A stretch of DNA of 32,000 nucleotides from Candidatus Heimdallarchaeota archaeon (GCA_030149205.1 JASBSB010000001.1:540001-572000); one strand, 5' to 3'. Shown: positions 15,609 through 25,495, counted from the first letter of the stretch. Notes: a model not told the origin generated them from the sequence alone. A program made the numbers and translations.

Positions 15609-18468
15609 ACAATTGACCTCCAAAGGTTTGAGAGATGTAAAACACCAGGGTAAAAGAGCCAGTACCTATAAATACTGCTATAATGACTTGGAGGAGATAG
15701 TTAAAGAGTAGAGTGTTCACCATAGTGTATAATGTAACAGTCAAAAGGAGTTGAGTAAATATAACACCAAATAATAGAAAAATCATTACAAAGTTTATCA
15801 AATTCCACTTTATCTGTTGCTTTACTAATTTGTTCCTGATGAATTTATTGTGGTGAATTGCCCATTTAAGCTGCCAGTTCATAGACCTAGTATAAATGAT
15901 TAAATACAGAGTCAGAGGGATCAACATTTCAATCACAATATACAGAATATTGTTTAGATATCCAAATATGGGAAATTCTGGAAAGGTGGGGTGGTTCATC
16001 GATTTTATTGTAGGTACTGAGGATATCTTTAAATCCAGCATGTTGATAAATTTGTTATTGATCCTGTCCACTGTCCGTTCTGCATCCCCTGGGTTTGACA
16101 ACAAAACCTTGTAGATGTTGTTGGTGACGAGTAAAAACTGTTTTGAGAGGGTTTGTAGATTTTCTAATGACATTACAAAAATTGTTGATTTCTCTATTCC
16201 AAGTTCAGTGATAAAAGAGTTAATTCCGAAGAAAGAGTTTGTGGTATACAGCTGATTGATTTTTAGACTGAAGTAATTTGCTCCAAATGGGTCTGTGTTT
16301 TTGATTTGAATCTCTTTTCTGGAGGAATAATAATTTAAGTACTGAAAGTTATTTACCATCAAAATGTTGTTTGAATGCTCACTTAATTTTTTAAGAATGT
16401 TTAGGTCAGATGTCCAACTTCCAGTATTTAGTCTTGAGTTATACCTGATGCTTTGAATATATCTCTGCACATCAATACCTAATATATATCCACCAGTGTA
16501 ACTTTGCGATTTTCCAAGTTCATAGTCCTTAAAATAGAGATAGTTTAAAAGCATTGAATTTTGCACATTAGAGATATTGTCAAGCATCGGGTAAGCGAGA
16601 CTGGTATTAAGGTTCAAACCATGGATGGATATATCTGCACCAAGACTATATAGGTCTCTAGTAGAGATACTGTTTTGTATTCCTGTATTAGAGATAGTAA
16701 TGGCTGAAAATAGACAAAACAAAATTAATAGAAACATAATGACCCGTATTAAATTTGGTGAATTTTGTGAGTATCTGGCAAATGGGTAGACTTTTCCAAT
16801 TCGAGAGTTTGGATTATACTTACGGGGAATTAAAATTAACGAAAGAAGGAGCTTATACACAACAAATCCGTATAGCATCAACAAGAGCAGGCTTAAAATA
16901 ACGATAAGCAATAAATATTCCAAAGTTGATAGATTGAGAATTAAAATTTCTTGACTTGAAATTGTTAAAAAGAAACCAACTATAGTTGATGATAAGACTG
17001 TTAAAATACTCAACATTTGAAAAGGAAACTTTTGATTTAATCTCTCTCTGAACGTTTTCAAGCCTGATCTCTTGTGATTAAAAAATGTGGCTAAATTTAT
17101 AAGTACAAGCAACAGAAAGTAATAACTAAAGATGGATTTATAGGAGATTGAATCTTGTATCTGTAACCCTGTGAAAAGAGCAATTATAACACTTATTACA
17201 TAAATTGGAAGCAAAAAAACACCCAGAGTAAGAAGATCCAAAAGGCTGTTTAATTGATTTATTGAATGACCTTTATTTGTAAAAAATGCAAGGAACTGAC
17301 GCTTGGATTCTTCAAAGTTTGATTGATAAATTAGATATACCGCTGCAAAAATAATGTACAATATAATTGTAACTGTGGAATTAAGAGTCTGAACCTTGTT
17401 TTGGATTTCATTTTGTTTGTTGAGCACTCTTAACAAGGGAGCATCTAACAGAGTGTTTCCTAAGAACTTTAAGAAGTCAGTAGTTTGAGATTTAAATGTC
17501 TTAGAATTTGTAATTTTGTAAAAACTTGTGCTTAGATTAAAATACATTCTTGAGACTTGCTTAAATTTAGTAAAGTAATCTCCTAGACGTCTTGTGCCAA
17601 GTATCTTTTGAAAATCATCGATTGAGGTAAAGATGACCTGACCAGGATTAATGCCCACGGGGGTTAAGATTGAGTTTATTAACCTGTGAAGTGAGGTTCC
17701 ATTCAATTCAGTGGTATTATAAGGAAAAGTAAATTCTTGTGAATTTTTAATTGCTTGAACTCCACTGACTTTGACTTTGCTGTTGTTTGATAAAAACAGT
17801 CCCAAATTATCAGCGTATCTATCTCTTCCTAATCGAAGTATCCTGGCTTGAGTGCCTTCAAGATTTGATCCAGTTAGTTCAAAAAATTGAGCAGGATCAA
17901 TAAGAATCACAGATAGAGAGGTTTGAAGTTTGCTGATATAAGTGTCAGTATTCTGTAATTTTAGGGGTTTTGTTAGATTTAAAATGGCATTTGGTGCTCG
18001 TAAAACCAAAAAATCAAGTGAATAAAGACTTATAGAACCATAATTTGGGTCTTGAATATTGTATTTGTTTTGAGGTTGTAACTTCATTAATTCTTTTGTT
18101 GAGTTTATTTGAAGACCTGATATTTGATCTTGAATTATATTTTCTGTGAAAAAATGTCCAGCGGGAAAATATTCTGGATTTAACTGTCTATGAAAATTAC
18201 TTGTTACCTGATTTTGCGTGTACAAAATTTGAAAGCTGAAAATTAAAATCAAAAGACCTACTAGAACGAGTTTGAGTAAATCTGTACGTGAGTATTTTAA
18301 CAGTATTAAGAAAGGACGTTTTATTGGTTTGCCTCGGCGTAAATATAAGCCCCATAAGATAAATACAACAGGAATTATGAATAGTAAAGCTTCAAGCAGT
18401 AGATTATTTATGAATAAAGCAAGACTCAAAAAAATCAGGATTAAACTTGCTTGTAGATAATTACTCAA
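15601..18468 (-). CDS. FtsX/MacB-like ABC permease with two tandem ectodomain+TM modules
   Basis: 955 aa; N-terminal TMs, large N-rich loop, TM cluster, second loop (LYSLGADISIHG) and a C-terminal TM cluster; co-oriented and overlapping with two ATPases. Confidence 0.75.
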   Translation of the reverse strand: MSNYLQASLILIFLSLALFINNLLLEALLFIIPVVFILWGLYLRRGKPIKRPFLILLKYSRTDLLKLVLVGLLILIFSFQILYTQNQVTSNFHRQLNPEYFPAGHFFTENIIQDQISGLQINSTKELMKLQPQNKYNIQDPNYGSISLYSLDFLVLRAPNAILNLTKPLKLQNTDTYISKLQTSLSVILIDPAQFFELTGSNLEGTQARILRLGRDRYADNLGLFLSNNSKVKVSGVQAIKNSQEFTFPYNTTELNGTSLHRLINSILTPVGINPGQVIFTSIDDFQKILGTRRLGDYFTKFKQVSRMYFNLSTSFYKITNSKTFKSQTTDFLKFLGNTLLDAPLLRVLNKQNEIQNKVQTLNSTVTIILYIIFAAVYLIYQSNFEESKRQFLAFFTNKGHSINQLNSLLDLLTLGVFLLPIYVISVIIALFTGLQIQDSISYKSIFSYYFLLLVLINLATFFNHKRSGLKTFRERLNQKFPFQMLSILTVLSSTIVGFFLTISSQEILILNLSTLEYLLLIVILSLLLLMLYGFVVYKLLLSLILIPRKYNPNSRIGKVYPFARYSQNSPNLIRVIMFLLILFCLFSAITISNTGIQNSISTRDLYSLGADISIHGLNLNTSLAYPMLDNISNVQNSMLLNYLYFKDYELGKSQSYTGGYILGIDVQRYIQSIRYNSRLNTGSWTSDLNILKKLSEHSNNILMVNNFQYLNYYSSRKEIQIKNTDPFGANYFSLKINQLYTTNSFFGINSFITELGIEKSTIFVMSLENLQTLSKQFLLVTNNIYKVLLSNPGDAERTVDRINNKFINMLDLKISSVPTIKSMNHPTFPEFPIFGYLNNILYIVIEMLIPLTLYLIIYTRSMNWQLKWAIHHNKFIRNKLVKQQIKWNLINFVMIFLLFGVIFTQLLLTVTLYTMVNTLLFNYLLQVIIAVFIGTGSFTLVFYISQTFGGQLYD

Positions 18469-18804
18469 CTTTTATCTCTCCATTAGAATTAATTAACTTA
18501 TTAATCTTCCAGATTATAGACAGTTCATAAGTGTATTCAACTTTTAAATATCCATAAAATAGAAAGTCTTGAGATAAAGCCCTATTAATCTTCTGGGAGC
18601 ACTTAAATGTTAATTCTATTTTACCTAATAATTGGCTATATCTTGGAGTATTCAATAGATGAAATGAGTCAAAGTTCAATATAGCAATAAATTAAATTTT
18701 AACTTTTAAAAGATGTTGAAAGCACATTGTAATTTTGATAACCTAAACTTTATTAATTTAATTTTAGATTATTTCTATAAATTTGTGGAAATATTTGAAA
18801 TAAA

Positions 18805-19160
18805 TTAAATTAAGCCTTTCCTAAAATTAGTTTGCTGTTTCCTCAACCTCCTCTGATGGTTTTCCTCCAGTAGATTAACTGCCCTTTTTTTAGCCTGACT
18901 CGTTGAATATGTATACTTGTTAACTGTTGAGGTGTTTCCCATCAATTCTCCGAGTACAATGGGGCTCACCCCAAGGCTGCTGAGATGAGTGGCATAACTA
19001 TGAGCAGAGTAACTGGGGTGGCCTTGGTTTTATCTCCTGTTGTGTTTATTTTAGCTTTTGCCGTATATTTTATGACAATGACACGAATTGTGTTTTATCA
19101 GAAATTTTTTTCTTTTTTTTATATAAATATATCTGAGGGGTGGTTCTATCAATATATAAT
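18805..19160 (-). pseudogene. Frameshifted C-terminal remnant of a tyrosine recombinase/integrase
   Basis: Across frameshifts it reads ..KISDKT/IRVIVIKYTAKAKINTTGDKTKATPVTL/[R]HSYATHLSSLGVSPIVLGELMGNTSTVNKYTY..AKKRAVNLL, matching TPH.LRHS.ATHL...G.....ELLGH......YT. A 1-bp loss sits in the Arg codon; stop at 18807-18805. Upstream limit is approximate. Confidence 0.75.
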
Positions 19161-19301
19161 GAAATTCAATTGGTACGATAATGAAATTGAGATATTAGAC
19201 TCAAAAATAAAGGGGTCTGCGATATGTATGTGTTTCCTCTGATTAAATCATCCCTGATTGAAATTATGGAAAAGATGGAAGATTTTGATCTTTTTACAAA
19301 T

Positions 19302-19315
19302 CTGGAATTTATATG
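19302..19315. repeat. Right att-like imperfect direct repeat of the island
   Basis: CTGGAATTTATATG, 11/14 to 11768-11781. Confidence 0.55.
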
Positions 19316-20081
19316 CAATCTGTACTAACTCATTAAGAAGATGAAATTTATCTGGTAATTCCAGGGCTTCAAAAATAGTCCTTAACCAAATTGACACATA
19401 TTCTGAGATTCTTATTCCAGGGATAGTTGGTCCAGAACCTACATAGCTTGGATCATCATTTAACACATCTGAAACCACCCATGAATAAATGGTTAAATTT
19501 TCTAACCTTGCTGCAAGTTTTCCTCCATTGACAGAATCCAGAAACATTCTTACTTGATTAATCTGAAAAATATCTAACCCATTAATCATCCCTTCTTTGA
19601 CAATTGCATTATAGATTTTTAGATCTAAATCCAATTCTGGGATACTGAAAGCCGCGGACCCACCACCACTTGTCATTACATGTAAGATTGTATCTTGAGA
19701 AAGTTCAGTCAATTTGTTGAGTACTTTTCTCGAGGTTTCGACTGTGTAATCATCGGAAAACGGATGAGAAACAAAATGAACGTCCCAATCACTAGGAAGT
19801 GATAGTGCCCTAGGTTCTTCAACATATCCCCTGGTCTGAAGCACAATGGTTGGAGAAAAACCTGTGTGAGAAATTTCTTGCGCACTTTTCGCCATCTCTA
19901 ATGCGTTCTTGCCAATACAGAAGAGTGCTTGCTTATTTTTATTAAAGACCTCGGAGTTTTCTTTGAACAACATTCTTTTTGGGTGAATCTTTTGAATTGC
20001 TCTGATGAATCCAGATAGATGATCCCTATCCAGAAGCTGTAGTTCCTCAGATAACTCAATTGTTGGACGAAAATTGTACAT
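19302..20081 (-). pseudogene. 5' part (aa 1-260) of the MOFRL/glycerate-2-kinase-like gene, copy 1
   Basis: MYNFRP (ATG 20081) through QIAYKFQ is colinear with 22454-23776; the frame runs on into island DNA to a TGA at 19248. Confidence 0.85.
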
Positions 20082-21363
20082 AAAGACAATTTTAGAATAT
20101 TTAAAAGACGATTTCAACTATTCAACTGGACTAGTTACCACAACTGAAATCGCACATGCAACACCTGCAACATTTGCTGCACATGCTAAGGATAGAGATT
20201 TGAAGGTCAAAATAAGAGACCAGCTTCTTTCTCAGAACATAGACATATTACTTGGAGGAGGTTTAGGAGGAACCTATATTGGAGGAAGAACAGGAGCTAA
20301 GGACTTGGCCATTAAACACAATTACACATTAGTTACCAATACTACAGAGCTAAATGGTATATCAAACTCAACAGATCGATTGTTAGGGTTATTTGGTTAT
20401 TACAACATTGATTATGAATTAGAGAGAAATCCAAAGGAAAGTCCATCACTTCAAGAGATGACAACGAAAGCTCTTCAAGTTTTAGATTCAAAAAATAAAC
20501 CATTCTTTGTAATGATTGAAGGTGGACGAATAGACCATGCAGGTCATCTACTAAATAGCTTTGAAAACAAAACAATTTATAACGCCTTAGAAACAATTAA
20601 CTTCGAAAAATCAGTAAGGATTGCTTATAATTATGCTAAAGCTAACCCAAACACTATTTTAATAACCACTGCAGATCATGAAACAGGAGGGTTGAAGGTA
20701 CATGATTTTTCAAACCTTGACAAGAACCTACCCAACAAAAACTACAGCAGAATAAAAAACAATGAAATTAGGTATAACAGATCCTTACAAATTAATGCAA
20801 GTTGGTTAACGAGGTCTCACACAAATCAAAAAGTGAGGTTTTCAGGGTTTGGACATAACTTTGACACTTCCACAATTATGAAGAACAAAGATGTGTTTTG
20901 GGCTTTGAATGAGGCTTTAGGGAATTTTCCGGTAATACGAACGGACTATCCTGTTTCTGGAGCTGTTGGCAAGCTAAGCTTTAGAGTTATTGGTTCCGAA
21001 TCAGAGGGTATTAGTTATAGTTTTAAGAGAACTGAGCTTTCAACTGGGGAGACGGTAATGGGCAATTGGGTTCAATCTACAAGAAATAAGACAATTGAGC
21101 TAACCTTTGAAAGCGCTAAAAATACTTCTTTTGTTGTTCAAATTTTGGTTCGGGATTCGAAAACCAATCTTCAAACAAGCTCATTAAGGTTACATCTCTC
21201 TGTAATCAAACTTGAGAGTCCTAATTCAAAAACTACATCATCAAAACAAATTTCCCTTTCCACGAGTTCATCAACTAACCGACTACCATTAAATTTCGTA
21301 AATTTCATTGTTATCTTATCAATACTGACTTTATATTTAAGAAAAGAGAATTGGAAGAAATGA
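20080..21363 (+). pseudogene. phoA: 5'-truncated alkaline phosphatase, copy 2
   Basis: Homology to copy 1 starts at IKTILEY (copy 1 nt 8891). It lacks the signal peptide, the GDGMG metal ligand and the catalytic Ser (DSAA); the remaining frame is open. Confidence 0.85.
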
Positions 21364-21376
21364 GTTAAAGATCAAA

Positions 21377-21408
21377 TCTTCTGTTAATTAAGCACTTATT
21401 TTTAATCA
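21377..21408 (+). promoter_or_regulatory. Conserved promoter element upstream of translin copy 2
   Basis: 30/32 identical to 10149-10180, with the same spacing to the ATG. Confidence 0.6.
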
Positions 21409-21427
21409 GCCTTCTGTGTATTTGTTT

Positions 21428-22057
21428 ATGGACAAAGAGCTCCCTTCCCAAGTCACAATGGTTATAGAGGATATCCTAAATAATCTGAATGGGTTGGATA
21501 AACTCAGGGAAGAAGTGATTGCACTCTCTAGAAAGCTAAATAGAATGTCTGGAAAGGCGATAGCAAGGATGGTCAAATTATCAAATGAAAAATCATTGAT
21601 TGAGGAAGCAAGACAAATTAAAAGAACTCTAGATGACCAGTTAAAAAATTTCACACCAATTTTTGGGTGGAATACAGTAAATGACGGTCTTGAGGAATTT
21701 ACTGAGATGGAAATCCTTTTTGCCATCATCATGCAGCAAAATCTACCCTCACCCCAATCCTTGGATATTCCTAGCTCAATTTGGATAAATGCCTTCTGTG
21801 ACACTATAGGTGAACTTAGGAGGGTTATTCTGCGCTTGCTAATCTCAGGGAAGGTTGAGAAGGCCAGAGAGTATCTAGAAACAATGAATGTTATGTTTGA
21901 GAATGTTATAGGAATAGAATACGGAAAACATGTTGCAGGGAACCTTAGAAAAAAAGTTGATTACCTCAGGGTGACAATAGAAAGAACAGAAAGTGATTTT
22001 TTGCATTCAATGTTGGGAAACCAAATTCAAGACAGTTTAGAGACGAATGAGGAATAA
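21428..22057 (+). CDS. Translin/TRAX family protein, copy 2
   Basis: Same motifs as copy 1 (GLEEFTEME, CDTIGELRR); 209 aa. Confidence 0.85.
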   Translation: MDKELPSQVTMVIEDILNNLNGLDKLREEVIALSRKLNRMSGKAIARMVKLSNEKSLIEEARQIKRTLDDQLKNFTPIFGWNTVNDGLEEFTEMEILFAIIMQQNLPSPQSLDIPSSIWINAFCDTIGELRRVILRLLISGKVEKAREYLETMNVMFENVIGIEYGKHVAGNLRKKVDYLRVTIERTESDFLHSMLGNQIQDSLETNEE

Positions 22058-22060
22058 TTT

Positions 22061-22453
22061 ATGAAAATAAATGGAGTTGTTCAAGAAGGTAAGGGTGAGG
22101 GTGCTAAGTTTATATCACTTTCAGTATATGATAAAATCTTTACAAATATTTTGGGGAAGCAACCCTTTCCTGGAACCTTAAATGTCAGAATATCGGAAAA
22201 AGATGGAAAAGATATTTCTATCCTTTTTAATAAAAAAGGTCTAAGATTTGAAAACTTGTTTTATCAAGGGAAAAAGATGGGAGATATCATCATAATCCCC
22301 TGTGAAATTCAAGGATAGTTAGACCACAAATCTGTTATTGTAAGACCTCTGTTGACCACGCATAACATTGATATCATTGAAATTGTCTCAACCGCTCATA
22401 TTCGTATGGCACTAAATCTAGAGAATCAAGACCAAATCACTGTAATTGTTTGA
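22061..22453 (+). pseudogene. ribK: Riboflavin kinase copy 2 with one in-frame TAG (22316-22318)
   Basis: After TAG the frame continues LDHKSVIVRPLLTTHNIDIIEIVSTAHIR..QDQITVIV to TGA at 22451-22453, giving the same 130 codons as copy 1. TAG aligns with TTG (Leu) in copy 1. Confidence 0.8.
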
Positions 22454-23776
22454 TTAATAGAAAACCACAAAATACAAGTCTAATAGATTTACATCTGTAT
22501 CTTTTATTTGAATCCCGTATCCTAAGGAAGACAGAACATGACCAGAATTTCCACTTTTATAGATTTTTTTTACGCCTCCTAGGGGAGCTAAATGTTTCCA
22601 ACTATTTCCAGTTATAATATAACCTGCGTCAGGAGAGCTTCCATCTTTACTGTCAGTAGCCAAACCAATAAAGAACAAATTTTGCGTGCCTTTTAGTTTT
22701 TCACTCATGAGTGTTGCAAGTGAGGAAACTCTCCCACCCTTAAAGTTAAAGGCGGTATTAGAAATCTTTACAACTGGTTCTCCCATCCAAATTAAGGTTG
22801 TTTTCAAGTTAGTAGTACTTGTACTTGCCTTAATTTTAAGCGTCTTTAACATTCTATCAGCAACCTCTTCCACATTACCTTCCAAGTTAAGATCAATTAT
22901 TTCAGAATGGATTTTCAACTTTGAGAGTTCATCCATTAAATACTCAGCAAATATCTTGCGAGAACAGATTAACTTTTGTTTATGGAGCTCTGGGCTTTGA
23001 AACTCATATGCAATTTGAACTAATTCATTTAGAAGATGATAAGTTTCAGACAGTTCTAAGGCTTCAAATACTGTTCTAAGCCAGATTAAAACATATTCTG
23101 AGATTCTTATCCCAGGTATTGTGGGTCCTGAACCTACATAGCTTGGGTCATCATTCAAAACATCTGAGACAACCCAGGTGTAAATATGTAGGTTTTCAAG
23201 ACGAGCAGCTAATTTCCCACCTTTGACGGAATCGAGAAACATCCTTACCTGATTTATTTGAAAGATATCCAAACCGTTAACCATAGCTTCTTTGATAACT
23301 GCGTTGTAGATTTGTAAATCAAGGTCTAGTTCTGGGACACAGAAAGCCGCAGATCCCCCTCCACTAATCATGACATGCAAAACAGTGTCTTTTGGGAGTT
23401 CAACTAGTTTTTTGAGCACCTGTTTCGAAACTTCAACGGTGTATTCATCTGAAAATGGATGAGAAACAAAATAAATTTCCCAGTCATTAGGAAGGGTTAA
23501 TGATCTAGATTCATCAACATAACCTCTAGTCTGAAGAATAAATGACTGAAAGAAACCTGTGTGAGAAATTTCTTGTGCACTTAAAGCCATTTGAAGTGCA
23601 TTTTTCCCTATACAAAACAGTGCTTGTTTTTTTTGATTAAATACTTCTGGATTTTCTTTGAATAACATCCTTTTAGGATGAACCCGTTGAATAGCCCTAA
23701 TAAATCCAGAAAGATGATTTCTCGCTAGTATTTGTAGCTCATCAGGTAACTCATTTGGTGGCCGAAAGTTGTACAT
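22454..23776 (-). CDS. MOFRL/TtuD-family (glycerate 2-kinase-like) protein, intact copy
   Basis: IGKNA..MA, SHPF.D, ISGGGSA, INQVR..L..VKGGKLA, VSDV.NDDPS.VGSGPTIP, GGR, TD.KDG; several motifs diverge from the family consensus. Confidence 0.8.
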   Translation of the reverse strand: MYNFRPPNELPDELQILARNHLSGFIRAIQRVHPKRMLFKENPEVFNQKKQALFCIGKNALQMALSAQEISHTGFFQSFILQTRGYVDESRSLTLPNDWEIYFVSHPFSDEYTVEVSKQVLKKLVELPKDTVLHVMISGGGSAAFCVPELDLDLQIYNAVIKEAMVNGLDIFQINQVRMFLDSVKGGKLAARLENLHIYTWVVSDVLNDDPSYVGSGPTIPGIRISEYVLIWLRTVFEALELSETYHLLNELVQIAYEFQSPELHKQKLICSRKIFAEYLMDELSKLKIHSEIIDLNLEGNVEEVADRMLKTLKIKASTSTTNLKTTLIWMGEPVVKISNTAFNFKGGRVSSLATLMSEKLKGTQNLFFIGLATDSKDGSSPDAGYIITGNSWKHLAPLGGVKKIYKSGNSGHVLSSLGYGIQIKDTDVNLLDLYFVVFY

Positions 23777-23784
23777 GGATACAC

Positions 23785-24624
23785 CTATTTAGAATAGTCA
23801 TACTGCTCGGGTTCAAAATCTGGAGAAAATACATGCTTGACATTACCCGCTTCAATTGAGAATTCTGCTAATATTGCCTCTCGCCATTCTTCTGCGACCT
23901 CTTTTACCTTTTCCTCTGAGACTTTGGTTGAATACAGGTGTAAAGACAACCAATACTTCCCATTTGTTTTTCTTGGGTGTGTCTTGAAATAAATATCTGG
24001 ATATTTCTTCACAAATTTGTTAGTGATGTGAGATATTGTCGATTCTCCTGTACCGAAAAGTTCGAAGCCAAATTCATGAATTTCTGACCTACCAAAAGTT
24101 TCAACAAGAATTGGTATGATTTGGTTTTCTAGGATATCTTTCATTTCTGCGGGTACTCCTGGGAGTGAGAAAATTTTCATAGAATTATATTGGGTATAGA
24201 CGCCTGGGGCTGTCCCCTTTGTGTTAATCAGTGGTATACTGTCTTTTGGAAGGGTGGCCATTTTCATTCTCGATCCACTTAGTCGTCCTTTGCCAACTTT
24301 CTCTTCGATCATACTTATAGCATTTTCATTTGGTTCCAAAGGTCTTTTCATAAAGTCTGCTAAGACCTCTAGTTGAATATCATCATAAGTAGGACCAAGT
24401 CCACCCATTACAAACAATACATCAGGAGACCTTTGTTGAATCTCATTTAGAACCGAAATAATCAGTTTTCTATCATCTCCAATTGTCGTTTCTCTTTGAA
24501 TTGAATATCCTAGCTTAGTAAGTTCTAAGGCCACATAACTGAAGTTAGTGTTAACAGTCCTTCCAATCATCAATTCATATCCCAGACATAATATCTCTAT
24601 TTTTGGGGATGATGTTAAGCTCAT
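23785..24624 (-). CDS. CinA-like molybdopterin-binding-domain protein (competence/damage-inducible family)
   Basis: GYELMIGRTVNTN, ETTIGDD, GGLGPTYDD, NTKGTAPG, SLPGVPAEMK, GTGESTI. Confidence 0.85.
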   Translation of the reverse strand: MSLTSSPKIEILCLGYELMIGRTVNTNFSYVALELTKLGYSIQRETTIGDDRKLIISVLNEIQQRSPDVLFVMGGLGPTYDDIQLEVLADFMKRPLEPNENAISMIEEKVGKGRLSGSRMKMATLPKDSIPLINTKGTAPGVYTQYNSMKIFSLPGVPAEMKDILENQIIPILVETFGRSEIHEFGFELFGTGESTISHITNKFVKKYPDIYFKTHPRKTNGKYWLSLHLYSTKVSEEKVKEVAEEWREAILAEFSIEAGNVKHVFSPDFEPEQYDYSK

Positions 24625-24687
24625 TAACCAACCTTAGGAATACAAAAAACATAAAGATTAGTATACAGTTTATTTGATTTCATTGAA

Positions 24688-25311
24688 TTATAATTTTGCA
24701 TTTCGAATTTTATCCAGTATTGTGGTAGTTGATATGCCATCCAGATCTGCTTTTAATTTAACAAATTCAATTGATTTTAACCCCATTTTATCTAGATCAG
24801 ATTTTAATTTCTCGATAATATGATGTTGATCTGCACCAATGGCTATAATATCAGGATCTATCATTTTAACGCTTTCTAGATGATTTGTCTCGTGACCTAA
24901 AATTGCAATGTCAACCAGCTTTAATGAATTTAGCATAACCAACCGATCGGTTTCACTGTTAATTGGTTTTCTCTTTCTGTTTAAAACTGTAATATCTCTG
25001 GCTACTACTACAACCAGGGTATCTCCAAATTTTCTGGCTTCTTCTAATGTTTTAAGATGTCCAACATGAAGAATATCATAGACACCTCCAGTAAATACAA
25101 CTTTAAATGTTGATCTCCCCAAAGCTGTAAGCTTTATCTCGGAGTTTTTAGTCTTTATGTATCCTTTTTCTTCAAGGTGGCTAAGGTACTTCTCCAAATT
25201 TAGTGGACAACCCTCAGGCATTAATTTTTTTAGCGGAACATCTTGTGATGACAATGAGGAAAGATATATCCTAATTAATATGAATTTGTCAATATCTCTA
25301 ATTTTTGACAC
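24688..25311 (-). CDS. ribL: Archaeal FAD synthase (cytidylyltransferase family) with a short N-terminal helix-turn-helix-like extension
   Basis: VFTGGVYDILHVGH, LVVVVARD, KRKPINSETDRL.ML.SLK.VD.A.LG, PDIIAIG.DQ, ISTT.I. Confidence 0.75.
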   Translation of the reverse strand: MSKIRDIDKFILIRIYLSSLSSQDVPLKKLMPEGCPLNLEKYLSHLEEKGYIKTKNSEIKLTALGRSTFKVVFTGGVYDILHVGHLKTLEEARKFGDTLVVVVARDITVLNRKRKPINSETDRLVMLNSLKLVDIAILGHETNHLESVKMIDPDIIAIGADQHHIIEKLKSDLDKMGLKSIEFVKLKADLDGISTTTILDKIRNAKL

Positions 25312-25495
25312 TTAACTTTTTTTAATTAAATTAAACTTAAGGACGTTGATATTTTCGTATACAATTTTCAGATTCTTATTTGTTTTCAATTTCATAGTAA
25401 AGTTGAACAAAAAATGAAGGTTGGACAGCAACACAATCGGAACTAATAAGAACTAGAGGAAGTTGAGAGATATGCTTATTGATGTGAATAAGTAA

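Larger units (their letters stand above)
11782..19301. mobile_element. Decayed integrative island (~7.5 kb) interrupting the kinase gene
   Basis: The two halves of one gene flank it in the same orientation with a 14-bp overlap; a tyrosine-integrase remnant lies at the right end; cargo is unrelated to the flanks. Confidence 0.75.

Noticed and set aside
18461-19242. ORFs 18461-18679 (-) and 18985-19242 (+)
   Set aside because: The first has no motif or clear start signal; the second is antisense to the integrase remnant.
11782-19301. Casposon or transposon interpretation of the island
   Set aside because: No terminal inverted repeats seen and no cas1, polB or transposase ORF; only a tyrosine-integrase remnant.
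22586-22595. 10-mer GCTAAATGTT shared between spacer 2 and the intact kinase gene (possible homing spacer)
   Set aside because: The flanks do not match, the length is at chance level, and it is far from the insertion site.
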